From NCBI GenBank assembly GCA_963696625.1, contig CAVOKZ010000020.1, positions 6,165 to 70,164 on the forward strand: a DNA stretch of 64,000 bases, written 5' to 3'. A program made the translations under genes and the position numbers. Origin of the DNA: an uncultured Solirubrobacterales bacterium (GTDB lineage: Bacteria; Actinomycetota; Thermoleophilia; Solirubrobacterales; 70-9). A model generated the notes under the pieces. The model was given only the letters and a program-made list of their open reading frames with translations, was not told the DNA's origin and made no database searches. This document shows, one piece after another, positions 23,251-31,654 of this stretch (within the stretch, counting starts at the first letter, position 1; each line of letters opens with the position of its first letter).

Positions 23251-24234
23251 GTGGGGCGCGCGGCAGGCGCGCCGATGGTCGCGCTCGTCGTCGCGGCGGT
23301 CTTGATCGCCGGCTGCGGTGGCGGGGACTCCGATTCGGGACCCCAGTCGAGGCCGGCGCCTGCCGCGAGTGAGTTCCCCGCGCCGACGGCGGGCCAGTCG
23401 CTGATCCAGTTCCTCGGCGCCAACGCGACCCAGGTCGACCGCATCGTCGCTCCCGCCGGCAAGGTCTACAGGGTGGGGGAGAACCGCTACGCGTTCGGGG
23501 TCTTCGACGTCGACCGCAGCCAGATCACCGACGCGACCGCCGCGATCTATGTCGCGCCCGGCAAGGACGCTCAGGGCCCGGTCAGCGGTCCCTATCCGGC
23601 CCGGATCGATTCATTGGCCACCGAGGCCGCCTTCCACTCGAAGACGACCTCCGATGACCCGCAGGCGGCGCTCGCCGCCTACGTCAGCGAGGTCAAGTTC
23701 GACCAGCCGGGGCCGTACACCGTCGCCGGGGTGTTCAAGGAGGGAGACGCCTACAAGGCCGTTCTCGCCCCCGGTGCCGCCGACGTCGGCGCCGCGGACG
23801 TACCCGCAGTTGGGGATAAAGCTCCGGCCACTCATACCGATACCTCCTCAACCGTGGGGAATCCGACGCTGCTCGACACCAGAGTCCCGCCCGACACGAT
23901 GCACGACACCGACTACGCCGACGCCCTCGGCAAGAACCCGATCGTGCTCCTCTTCGCGTCGCCGGCGTTGTGCGTCAGCCGCACGTGTGGCCCGGTCGCC
24001 GACGTCACCGAGCAGGTCAAGCAGGAGTTCGGTGACGAGGTCACCTTCATCCACCAGGAGCCCTACGTCGACAACCAGATCCAGAAGGGCTTCCGCCCGC
24101 CGCTCGAGGCGTTCGGCCTCACCGACGAGCCCTGGGTATTCGTGATCGACCGCAAGGGCGTGATCAGCAGCGAGATCGAGGGTCCCTTCGGCGTGGACGA
24201 GTTGACCAGAGACGTTCAACAGGTCGTGGGGTAG
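23251..24234 (+). CDS. lipoprotein with C-terminal thioredoxin-fold (TlpA/redoxin-like) domain
   Basis: Lipobox LIAGC; PIVLLFASPALCVSRTCGP (CxxxxC) ...WVFVIDRKGVI. Start could be GTG 23251 or ATG 23275. Confidence 0.7.
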   Translation: MGRAAGAPMVALVVAAVLIAGCGGGDSDSGPQSRPAPAASEFPAPTAGQSLIQFLGANATQVDRIVAPAGKVYRVGENRYAFGVFDVDRSQITDATAAIYVAPGKDAQGPVSGPYPARIDSLATEAAFHSKTTSDDPQAALAAYVSEVKFDQPGPYTVAGVFKEGDAYKAVLAPGAADVGAADVPAVGDKAPATHTDTSSTVGNPTLLDTRVPPDTMHDTDYADALGKNPIVLLFASPALCVSRTCGPVADVTEQVKQEFGDEVTFIHQEPYVDNQIQKGFRPPLEAFGLTDEPWVFVIDRKGVISSEIEGPFGVDELTRDVQQVVG

Positions 24235-24243
24235 GGGTCAGTA

Positions 24244-24655
24244 ATGAGCGACGCGCCCCGCCAGCCCACCGAACCCTCGACTTCCGAGTACGAGCTGCTC
24301 GTCAGCCTCGTCGACGAGGGCCGCCGCCGCGAGGGCCGGATCGCCGACGGCGCCCGCCGCGCTATCGACGCCTCCTCGGGAGACGAAGCTCGCGTTCCGC
24401 TCGAGGAGGTCCGCGCCGAGGCCCACGCGCTGAAGGGCGCCGCGGCGGTTGTCGGCCAGACCCGCCTGTTCGAGCCTCGCCCGCGCGCTCGAGGACCTGC
24501 TCGTCGACGCGATTGCCGGCGGCTCCATCTCGGAGCGCCGCGCCGAGGCGATCGCCAACGCCGCCCACGCCTTCGTCGAAGGCGCCGAGGCCTCCGCCGG
24601 GGGCGCCGGCGAGCCCGAGTCGGTCAGCGACTCGATAGACCAGCTCGCCGCCTGA
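24244..24655 (+). CDS. Hpt (histidine phosphotransfer) domain protein; apparent 1-nt insertion at ~24475
   Basis: EVRAEAHALKGAAAVVGQTRLFE then, in the next frame, LARALEDLLVDAI... reproduces the Hpt HxLKG...la..lE pattern. Length 412 = 3n+1. Confidence 0.7.
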
Positions 24656-24685
24656 ACCGCCTAGGAGTGATCTAGTCTGGCCCGC

Positions 24686-24759
24686 GGGCCGGTAGCTCAG
24701 CTGGTTAGAGCAGCGGACTCATAATCCGTCGGTCGGTGGTTCGAGTCCACCCCGGCCCA
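24686..24759 (+). tRNA. tRNA-Met (CAT), elongator-type acceptor (could be tRNA-Ile2 if lysidinylated)
   Basis: GGGCCGG TA GCTC AGCTGGTTA GAGC A GCGGA CTCATAA TCCGT CGGTC GGTGG TTCGAGT CCACC CCGGCCC A. Confidence 0.9.
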
Positions 24760-24818
24760 TAGCGAACTCCCTGCAAGTGAGCGTCTTTCGGGCAACGACT
24801 GGCGGCCCCTATCCACGA

Positions 24819-24890
24819 CTTGGTCCCCAATTGGTCTCGAGTGAATTAGTCGGAGTTAGCCCCTGGCTTCACTAACGGGGTCAATCCCCC
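24819..24890 (+). repeat. island-edge motifs: tandem TTGGTCCC/TTGGTCTCGA boxes plus a degenerate TAACGGGGTCAATCCCCC palindrome
   Basis: CTTGGTCCCCAATTGGTCTCGAGTG (24819-24843) parallels CTTGGTCCCGAAATTGGTCCCGAACTC at 31376. 24873-24890 resembles the palindrome at 29332, 31529 and 32286. Confidence 0.55.
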
Positions 24891-24953
24891 GTGCTGACGA
24901 GCCTGGGAGGGGCGCATTTTCGGGTTCCTTGACGACCATGCCATCGTTGATGT

Positions 24954-26801
24954 ATGGACCAAACGGGCACGACGAGGACTGATTTGGGCGGCGACGCCGC
25001 CAAGCGTACGACCCGCATGGGCGTGGCCAATGTCGGCTTCATGGTCGACCGGCTCGGCCACGACTGCCACCCTTTGCAGTACCTCCGCGAACTAACTCAG
25101 AACTCGATCGAGGCGTTGCGGGGGCAAGCGGGAGAGGTCGTGTGGGATGTGGATTGGAACCACTACGACCTGACCGGCGACTACAAGCTGGCCATTGTCG
25201 ACAACGGCATCGGGATGACCGGCGAGGAGATGTTGAAGTACATCAACCAACTGTCGTCCTCGACCCATGTGCAGGCCCATGACGGCAATTACGGCGTGGG
25301 GGCGAAGGTCGCCGCGGCGACCCGCAACCACGCGGGAATGTTGTACCTGTCATGGAAGGACGGCAAGGGGTCGATGTGCCATCTCTGGCGCGATCCTGAG
25401 ATTGACGAATACGGGGCTCGCCGCTTCGAATTGGAGGACGGCACTTATGTCGACTACCTGAGAATCGACGACGAGCTAAAACCGGCTGGCATCGGCGACC
25501 ACGGGACGATGGTTGTCCTTCTTGGCAACAGCGACGACGTAAACACCGTCGAGCCTGCCGCTGAAAGTGGCGTCGAGGGTCGCCAGAGGTGGATCACCAA
25601 GTCCCTGAACACCCGGTATTTCCGGTTCCCGGCGAACATCGAAGTCAAGGTCCGCGAGGGATACGACGCGCCCCGCGATGACACCCGCCGGAACTTCCTG
25701 CGCAAGGTTACGGGGATGGAGAGGTTTCTCCAGGACGAGTCGGATTGGTACGGGCACGTCCCCCTCACGGATGCCACCGCCCACGTCTGGATATTTAACG
25801 AGCGCGATGAGCGGACCAAGTTGGGCGACATGTTCGGCACCACCGGCCACGTAGCCGCCCTGTATAAGGACGAGCTCTACGAGCTCAAGGCAGGTCGGGC
25901 CGGCGCCGCGACGCTGCAGCAATTCGGCGTGATCTTCGGTTACGGGCGGGTGGTGATCTACGTCGAGCCGCAGAACGGCGCAACCGGATCGCTTGGCTCA
26001 AACACAGCCCGTACCCAGCTCCTCAAGAACGGCGAACCTCTGCCGTGGGCGGATTGGGCAGCGGAGTTCCGCGACAATATGCCGAAGCAGGTCGAGGACT
26101 TGATGGAGCAGATCGCCGCGGCCTCTACATCGCACGATCACCAAGAAGCGATCCGGGAGCGGCTTAAGGCGATTAAGGACCTGTTTCAGGTCAGCCGATA
26201 CCGGCGGACGCGGAAGGGTCCCATCGAGGTGGGCGACGACGCCCCCGGCGGCACCTCCGCGACGAGCACTGAGGGGAGCAGAAAGAAAGGTCCTGGGGGC
26301 GGTGCCGGCGGCGGCCGAGCGGGCAGTATCTACGCACTGTTCGTATCGAGCGATGGCGAGCCCGGCGAGGAGGTAGCCAATCCGGATCCCATCCCGCAGA
26401 CCCAATGGGTTTCGGTGAAGGACGGCACCCGCGAGAGCAGCGACCTAGAAGATCGCGCAGCGAAGTTTCATCCGGACCAGAACCTGCTCTTGATCAACGC
26501 GGACTTCCGCGTCTTTACCGACATGGTGGAGCGCTGGGCGAAGCCGTACTCAAACGTGCCCGGCGCCCGGGAAGTCGTCGAGGAGCTTGTCCACGAGTGG
26601 TTCGAGCAAGCGCTGGTAGAGACCGTCGTGGGGGCTCAATCGCTCCAGGGTTCGGCCCAGTGGCCGGCAGACGACCTCGGAAAGCTCTGGTCGGAGGAGG
26701 GGCTCACGGCGGCCGTCATGCAGCGGTATCACGTCGACATCAACGTGAAGCGCAGCCTTGGAACAAAGCTCGGCTCTCTCCGAGAGAAGGCGGTTGCCTG
26801 A
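24954..26801 (+). CDS. GHKL-superfamily (Hsp90/MORC-like, HATPase_c_3-type) ATPase, large uncharacterised C-terminal region
   Basis: Bergerat motifs LRELTQNSIEA (N box), AIVDNGIGMTGEEM (G1), GNYGVGAKVAA (G2). 615 aa with a Gly-rich linker GGGAGGGRAG; codon usage visibly less GC-biased than the core. Confidence 0.8.
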   Translation: MDQTGTTRTDLGGDAAKRTTRMGVANVGFMVDRLGHDCHPLQYLRELTQNSIEALRGQAGEVVWDVDWNHYDLTGDYKLAIVDNGIGMTGEEMLKYINQLSSSTHVQAHDGNYGVGAKVAAATRNHAGMLYLSWKDGKGSMCHLWRDPEIDEYGARRFELEDGTYVDYLRIDDELKPAGIGDHGTMVVLLGNSDDVNTVEPAAESGVEGRQRWITKSLNTRYFRFPANIEVKVREGYDAPRDDTRRNFLRKVTGMERFLQDESDWYGHVPLTDATAHVWIFNERDERTKLGDMFGTTGHVAALYKDELYELKAGRAGAATLQQFGVIFGYGRVVIYVEPQNGATGSLGSNTARTQLLKNGEPLPWADWAAEFRDNMPKQVEDLMEQIAAASTSHDHQEAIRERLKAIKDLFQVSRYRRTRKGPIEVGDDAPGGTSATSTEGSRKKGPGGGAGGGRAGSIYALFVSSDGEPGEEVANPDPIPQTQWVSVKDGTRESSDLEDRAAKFHPDQNLLLINADFRVFTDMVERWAKPYSNVPGAREVVEELVHEWFEQALVETVVGAQSLQGSAQWPADDLGKLWSEEGLTAAVMQRYHVDINVKRSLGTKLGSLREKAVA

Positions 26802-27526
26802 TGGCTGAAACCGCGGGCTTGCAAGCTGCAATCGAACAGGCTGAGATCACGTTCAACATGGGCCGGGCCTTTCCCGCGGATGACGACATCGCCATCTGGA
26901 TCGCATCCCTCTCGCGGGCGCTCAACGACATCCGGACCGCGGCTGCGTACGCAGGCCGCCAGAAGCAGCCTGAGCATGAAAGGCTCTATTTCGTCCGCGT
27001 GCTCGCGTCGCATATCCGCGAGGCGTTCAAGCTTGTCGTCGTCGGGCACCAAGAGCGCCAGGACGTCCAGGACTTCGTCCAGGGGATGCCTCAGGAGGGC
27101 AGGGACGCGCTCGACGACCTCGACCGGCGACTCAACACTGTCTTCGAGGTCCGTAGGCCGGAAGCCACCGTGTTCGAGGTGGTGAAAGACCTCCGGGACG
27201 ACACATTCCACTACGCCGTCGACCCGAAAAAGGACAAGGGGAGCGCCGAACGGATGCGAAGAGCGATGCGCCGGGCGGCAGACGAAGAAGGTACCTACCG
27301 GCTCACCGATCGGGATCATCGAGCCGAGTTCGCGGACCTGATCGACGTTTATCTGGTTCATCCGTTCGACGGGACCAGGGAGGAAAAGGACGATCTGGCA
27401 CGGGAACTTCACAGCACGATCCTCGAGCTGATTGGGCCGCTTTCAACCTTTCTCCAAGCTGCTGAAGGCCAGTGGCTGCGTGAGCGGCCCGTCGGCGTGG
27501 TCAGCTGGCCACCCGACGACCGCTGA
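26801..27526 (+). CDS. hypothetical protein, partner of the GHKL ATPase
   Basis: ATG overlaps the upstream TGA (TGATG at 26799-26803). 241 aa, charged, predicted helical by eye; no recognisable motif. Confidence 0.7.
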   Translation: MAETAGLQAAIEQAEITFNMGRAFPADDDIAIWIASLSRALNDIRTAAAYAGRQKQPEHERLYFVRVLASHIREAFKLVVVGHQERQDVQDFVQGMPQEGRDALDDLDRRLNTVFEVRRPEATVFEVVKDLRDDTFHYAVDPKKDKGSAERMRRAMRRAADEEGTYRLTDRDHRAEFADLIDVYLVHPFDGTREEKDDLARELHSTILELIGPLSTFLQAAEGQWLRERPVGVVSWPPDDR

Positions 27527-27620
27527 CAAACTCTCGCTGCTGCGATCCATGCAAGCGGGACTAACCTTCTTCGCCGATGCGCTGACCGAGGCCGGGCCCA
27601 GGAGCGCTCAACGCCGTCCG

Positions 27621-27839
27621 CCGAAGTGTCCGCCAACCCGTCCGGCATCCGGACACTTTTCGGCGCCGACGTGCCTTGAAAACCATGCTCTCGTGACGGC
27701 CAAAGGACGGCCATAAACACGGCCGCGCCGTGGCCGTCCTTTGGCCGCCGAGATGTCCGTTTTCCTGCCTGAGCCGGACACTTTTCGGGCTCTGCGCGCC
27801 TCGACTCCGCCCCCTCTACGAGTGATCGGAGTCGAGGCG
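27621..27839. repeat. cluster of four stem-loops downstream of the GHKL pair
   Basis: CCGAAGTGTCCG...CGGACACTTTTCGG (27621-27663). 17-bp stem CGGCCAAAGGACGGCCA/TGGCCGTCCTTTGGCCG (27697-27747). A second ATGTCCG...CCGGACACTTTTCGG (27751-27790). 14-bp stem GCGCCTCGACTCCG/CGGAGTCGAGGCGC (27795-27839). Confidence 0.7.
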
Positions 27840-27914
27840 CTTGAGCTTTGATGGGGCCTTGGTGACGGGTGGGCGTGGGGCGGTGCGGACGGTGGACGGC
27901 GAGGACCTGAAAGG

Positions 27915-27968
27915 GCGGGTTAGACGAGGAGAGCGGTTAGGCGAGGAAGAGCGGTTAGACCGGGGAGG
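27915..27968 (+). repeat. three tandem ~18-nt repeats GCGGTTAG(A/G)C(G)AGGA(G/A)GA
   Basis: GCGGGTTAGACGAGGAGA GCGGTTAGGCGAGGAAGA GCGGTTAGACCGGGGAGG read directly. Confidence 0.6.
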
Positions 27969-28207
27969 GAAGAAACTCAGTGGGACAAAACGTCGGTTGG
28001 GATGTCAATGAGTGCAGAGTGGCCAGGAGCGAATACGTGGATGATGCGACAGCCGAGCTGGCGTTGGTCACGTCGGTAGAAGTGGTGTAACGAGTTCGTA
28101 GTGGTCGGTGGGCGGCTCCGTGGAGCCGCCGAGAAGTTCCGGCCACCGCGGGCCCCAGACTCGTCGGAAAGGAGCACCAACTCAAATCCGACGAAAGGAG
28201 CACCACG

Positions 28208-28690
28208 ATGGCCGAGGACCAGAGGATGACGACCGAGCAGGTCGTCGCCAAGACCCTGATCGACGAGCACGCCGACTTCCTGCGCGATGCGGTGGCGATG
28301 GTCGCCCGCGAGCTGATGGAGGCCGAGATCGCCGGCGAGATCGGGGCCGGCCGCGGCGAACGAAGCCCCGAGAGAACGACCCACCGAAACGGCTACCGCC
28401 CCCGGGCCTGGGAGACCCGCGTCGGCGAGATCGAGCTCGCCGTGCCCCGCAAGCGCTCGGGCGAGGCCTACTTCCCGAGCTTCCTGGAGCCCCGCAAGCG
28501 CTCCGAGCAGGCGATCGTCGCGGTGGTCATGGAGGCCTACGTCAACGGGGTCTCGACCCGTAGGGTCGACCGCCTGGTCGAGCAGCTGGGCATCCATGGG
28601 ATGTCGAAGGACCGGGTCTCGGCGCTCTGCCGGGCGCTCGACGAGCAGGTGGAGATCCTCCGCTCCCGCCCCCTGGAGGACGAGTCGGAG
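28208..28690 (+). mobile_element. IS256-family (mutator-type) transposase, 3'-truncated remnant
   Basis: HRNGYRPRAWETRVGEIELAVPRKRSGEAYFPSFLEPRKRSEQAIVAVVMEAYVNGVSTRRVDRLVEQLGIHGMSKDRVSALCRALDEQVEILRSRPLE is the conserved N-terminal third. Homology ends at ~28685, where the 35-nt repeat begins; the DDE domain is absent. Confidence 0.8.
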
Positions 28691-28697
28691 GACGAGG

Positions 28698-28758
28698 CCA
28701 TGTGGGGTCAGGTCTTGCATCCGACATTCGGGCTCCTGCTGCACTCAAGACCTGACCC
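28698..28758. repeat. 61-nt hairpin element (GGGGTCAGGTCTTG ... CAAGACCTGACCC) containing a 35-nt repeat shared with 59685-59719
   Basis: CCATGTGGGGTCAGGTCTTGCATCCGACATTCGGG is identical at both loci. Here it is followed by an inverted copy of its first 13 nt. Confidence 0.7.
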
Positions 28759-28822
28759 ATGAGGTTCGAAGCGTGAGGCTGCCTGAGCAACCTCGACTAC
28801 CTTTTGAGGCATGGACGATCCG

Positions 28823-28924
28823 ATGACCGCCAAGGAGCGCCTTCAGCAGATTCTTGAGCGGCTTTCCGAGGAGGCAGCGGAGCGGCTGCTTCCGCTGTTC
28901 GAACGGGGCGAGACATGGAAGTGA
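28823..28924 (+). CDS. short ORF, MTAKE-type antitoxin-like N-terminal paralog (possibly a remnant)
   Basis: MTAKERLQQILERLSEEAAERLLPLFERGETWK; the N-terminus parallels the ORFs at 30859 and 52350. Confidence 0.3.
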   Translation: MTAKERLQQILERLSEEAAERLLPLFERGETWK

Positions 28925-29001
28925 TCGCCCAGACGATCGCAGTGGAGCTTCGGGCGAGCGAGGATTCGGAGCAGACGCTGGCAGCCGAGTGAGGGCGCGA
29001 G

Positions 29002-29217
29002 CTACGAGGCTGCGCGTGAGGCGCGGTCGCCGCCGCCGGCCAGCGCCTCGTGGGGAAGGCTGACGAAGTCCGAGGCATGCCCACGCTCGTCGCTGATCTC
29101 GACGAGTGCGACAGCATCATCGGCCTCGACAACGGTGCCCACCGTCCCGGCGGGCCGACGGCCCGCTTCGGTCAGCAACTCGACCACATCGAGGACGGCG
29201 TGTCGCGACTCAGCCAT
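29002..29217 (-). CDS. DUF4926-like small protein
   Basis: MAESRHAVLDVVELLTEAGRRPAGTVGTVVEADDAVALVEISDERGHASDFVSLPHEAL fits the DUF4926 pattern as remembered. Confidence 0.5.
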   Translation of the reverse strand: MAESRHAVLDVVELLTEAGRRPAGTVGTVVEADDAVALVEISDERGHASDFVSLPHEALAGGGDRASRAAS

Positions 29218-29390
29218 GCCCGCGATTGTCGCAGTCGTCATGGACTGCGCCCGGACCTCCAATCGCGGCGGCTCCGCGGAGCCGCTGCGGCCGATAGCCA
29301 GCGCCTTGGCGCAATAATCGAGCACATGGGAGTTAAGGGGGTCTGACCCCGTTAACAGAGCGTAAAGCCGCCGCTCCAGGCGCCACTCTC

Positions 29391-29711
29391 TTGTCGGTGG
29401 CCGAAAGCCCCGAACACTCGGTGGAGATCGCGGATCCGGATGCGCGCCCGGTCGTGCTGCTCGCGCGTATCTGGAACCAGAAGATCGTGCGAGACCACCC
29501 CGAGCTGGAGGACCGCTTGGATGACGTGCTTGGAACGGTCACCGACCCCGAGCACACCGAGCCCGATCCCCGTGGCGGCCGGCGGCGCTACTACCGAAGC
29601 GGGGTTGGCCCGAGTCGCTGGCTGCTCGTGGTCGTAAGCTACGAGCAGGAGCCGGCGCGGATCATCACCGCGGTGGCGCTGCGCAAGGACCCCAAGCGAT
29701 GGAGACCGTGA
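29391..29711 (+). CDS. hypothetical small protein, putative toxin partner of the DUF2283-like gene
   Basis: 106 aa, ...IWNQKIVRDHPELEDRLDDVL...RWLLVVVSYEQEPARIITAVALRKDP. Overlaps the downstream gene by 13 nt (TA-like architecture). Confidence 0.6.
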   Translation: MSVAESPEHSVEIADPDARPVVLLARIWNQKIVRDHPELEDRLDDVLGTVTDPEHTEPDPRGGRRRYYRSGVGPSRWLLVVVSYEQEPARIITAVALRKDPKRWRP

Positions 29712-29986
29712 ACATCCACATCGGCCCGCTGGTCTTCGACCATGCCGACTACGACCCAGACGGCGACGTCCTCTATCTGCATGTCGGCGAGCCATCCGAA
29801 GGCGAGGGCGAGGAGACCCCGGAGGGACACCTGGTCCGCTTCGAGCCCGGAACGCAGCGAATTGTTGGGCTGACTGTTGTCAACGCTCGCACCGTCCTCG
29901 AGCGCGACGGCCGCTTGGTCGTAACGGTCCCGGAAACGGTCGAGGCGAGCGCAGACGAGCTGGCGCCGGCGCTCGCAGCGGCCTGA
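29699..29986 (+). CDS. DUF2283-like small protein (putative antitoxin)
   Basis: HADYDPDGDVLYLHVGEP...GHLVRFEPGTQRIVGLTVVNA matches the YDxxxDxLYI pattern of DUF2283. Confidence 0.65.
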   Translation: METVNIHIGPLVFDHADYDPDGDVLYLHVGEPSEGEGEETPEGHLVRFEPGTQRIVGLTVVNARTVLERDGRLVVTVPETVEASADELAPALAAA

Positions 29987-30533
29987 TTCACACGGATTCG
30001 CTACTCCAAACCACAAAGAGGAGGCACACTCGGCCGACGTTGGCTTGCGACTCAAACGCGCGATAAGGAGTTGATCCGCCTAGCTCCTACGAGTCAGTCC
30101 CCTTCTGGTGTTCATCAAGGAACTCTGTCCATGACCTATGCAGCCTGTTTTGTCAGCCAGGATCTTGCCGTTCCTCCTCGCGATCTGCCGAGATCGGGAG
30201 GTTCCACAGCTCACAGCCCAAGCGCTGCGCGATCGCCTCCGCCAAGGAGTACCGCATGTGGCCCCAATCGGTAATGGGGTCCAAGGGCATTTCGTTGGCG
30301 GCGAACATGCCCGCTGCTCGTCGACTGATCGCGAGGGGCGCGTCCCAGAGACTGACAACACCCTCGAGCTCGCTGTCTTCGTCGGCGTGGCCATCCTGGG
30401 TGGGCAGCGAGCAGCCCTATGGCGCAATAATCGAAGACATGAGAGCGAGCCGAAAGACGGCTCGCCCGCGCTAGGTTCCGCCTCCACTGCGGTCAGCGGG
30501 TGAGCCTCCCAGTCATACGACAAGGAGGCCGAC

Positions 30534-30797
30534 GTGGAGACGTTTCTGATCCGCTGCTACCTGTGGGCGAACGAGACGCCGTGGAGCAAGGAGCTGACCG
30601 ACCAGCTGTTGGATGACCTGGCCGGCTTCTTCGCCGAGCGCGGATTCCGCAATGACCAGGAGGACGGTGAGCTCCGCTCCCTGCTGGTGGCGGGCGGCGC
30701 CGAGCTCCCCGACTCTGAGACCTGGTTCGAGATGCTGACGAGCGATCCGATGGTCGACACGATTGTCATTCCTGCTCCCGGGGACGAGGAGGACTAG
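30534..30797 (+). CDS. hypothetical acidic protein
   Basis: GTG start preceded by AAGGAGG; 87 aa. Confidence 0.5.
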   Translation: METFLIRCYLWANETPWSKELTDQLLDDLAGFFAERGFRNDQEDGELRSLLVAGGAELPDSETWFEMLTSDPMVDTIVIPAPGDEED

Positions 30798-30858
30798 GCG
30801 AAGTCTGGTCGCGAGGCAGCTTGAGGAAGCCGCCCTACGGAGTAGTACCTTTGGCGAC

Positions 30859-31068
30859 ATGACCGCGAAGGAGAAAGTCCTGGAGCAGGCCCCACAGTGG
30901 ACCGAGGAGCAGGCTGAGGCGGCGCTGGTCGCAGCCGAGGGCCGGGACGAACGAGCAAAGGTCGGCGAGGCGATCGCCGCCGGCTACCGCCGCGTGCCGC
31001 AGACCGCCGAAGAAGACGCTTGGGCTGAGGGCAACGCGCGCGAGGCCATCTCCCAAGAGCGTTGGTAG
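30859..31068 (+). CDS. antitoxin-like protein (MTAKE-type) upstream of the MazF-like toxin
   Basis: MTAKEKVLEQAPQWTEEQAEAALVAAEG...; the stop overlaps the toxin start. Confidence 0.6.
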   Translation: MTAKEKVLEQAPQWTEEQAEAALVAAEGRDERAKVGEAIAAGYRRVPQTAEEDAWAEGNAREAISQERW

Positions 31069-31373
31069 CTCGCGGCGAGGTCTGTTGGCTGGAGCTTGCA
31101 GAGGAGGGGCGTCGGCCGGTCCTGGTGCTCACCCGCGACGAAGCCATCCCAGCCCTGCGCAACGTGGTCGTCGCCCTGGTCACCCGGACGATCCGCGGGA
31201 TCCCGAGCGAGGTACCGCTCGGCACCGCCGACGGCATGGGCGAGGAGTGCGTAGTCAGTCTCGACAATCTCAGGACGGTTCCGAGGTCGCTCCTCACGTC
31301 GCGCATCACCAAGCTCCCTCCCGCCAAGATGGACGAGGTCTGCCGGGCGCTGAGCGCCGCGACCAACTGCTGA
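31062..31373 (+). CDS. mazF: type II toxin, PemK/MazF-family endoribonuclease
   Basis: RGEVCWLEL...RRPVLVLTRDEAIPALRNVVVALVTRTIRGIPSEVPLG...ECVVSLDNLRTVPRSLL. Confidence 0.8.
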   Translation: MVARGEVCWLELAEEGRRPVLVLTRDEAIPALRNVVVALVTRTIRGIPSEVPLGTADGMGEECVVSLDNLRTVPRSLLTSRITKLPPAKMDEVCRALSAATNC

Positions 31374-31375
31374 AA

Positions 31376-31524
31376 CTTGGTCCCGAAATTGGTCCCGAAC
31401 TCCCGACTTCTTGAAGCAATTGGGAGCAACTGAAACCGCTCAGTAGAGCCAAACGCAACTCAGGACCTACGGATTGCCACAACTCATAATCCGCCACGCG
31501 TTGGTTCGAATCCAACCCGGCCCA
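31376..31524 (+). repeat. tRNA-Met 3'-half repeat unit A (GTCCCGAA boxes plus tRNA fragment 31483-31524)
   Basis: CTTGGTCCCGAAATTGGTCCCGAACTCCCGA ... CTCATAATCCGCCACGCGTTGGTTCGAATCCAACCCGGCCCA, running anticodon loop to discriminator. No matching 5' half, so not a functional tRNA. Confidence 0.8.
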
Positions 31525-31528
31525 TTTT

Positions 31529-31552
31529 TTAACGGGGTCAGACCCCCTTAAC
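31529..31552. repeat. palindromic element TTAACGGGGTCAGACCCCCTTAAC (third copy)
   Basis: Same sequence as the outer ends of the inverted repeat (29332-29356 reverse, 32286-32310); follows the tRNA fragment and a T6 run. Confidence 0.85.
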
Positions 31553-31654
31553 ACCGAGCCCTGCTTGACGCTCGGTCCTCGCGCGTTTGAGTCGCAAGCC
31601 AACGTCGGCTGAGTGCGCCTCCTCTTTGTGGTTGGAGTAGCGAATCCGTGTGAA

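Larger units (their letters stand above)
29332..30063 (+). repeat. left arm of a 732-bp inverted repeat (pairs with 31579-32310)
   Basis: Begins with palindrome GTTAAGGGGGTCTGACCCCGTTAAC. Reverse complement of 31579-32310 matches apart from a few substitutions and one 1-nt indel. Confidence 0.9.

Noticed and set aside
27915-27968. CRISPR array
   Set aside because: Only three short (~18-nt) contiguous repeats without spacers. No other regularly spaced repeats and no cas genes occur in the window.
30138-30523. ORFs 30138-30503 (+) and 30080-30523 (-) in the inverted-repeat spacer
   Set aside because: Translations look non-protein-like. A third minus-strand frame gives a 53-aa HTH-like fragment (...MRYSLAEAIAQRLGCELWNL...), which is too short and startless to call.
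31483-31524. tRNA-Met fragments at 31483, 37751 and 44084 as functional tRNA genes
   Set aside because: No acceptor 5' strand, D arm or pairing partner for the anticodon stem is present upstream. Only the anticodon loop to the 3' end is tRNA-like.
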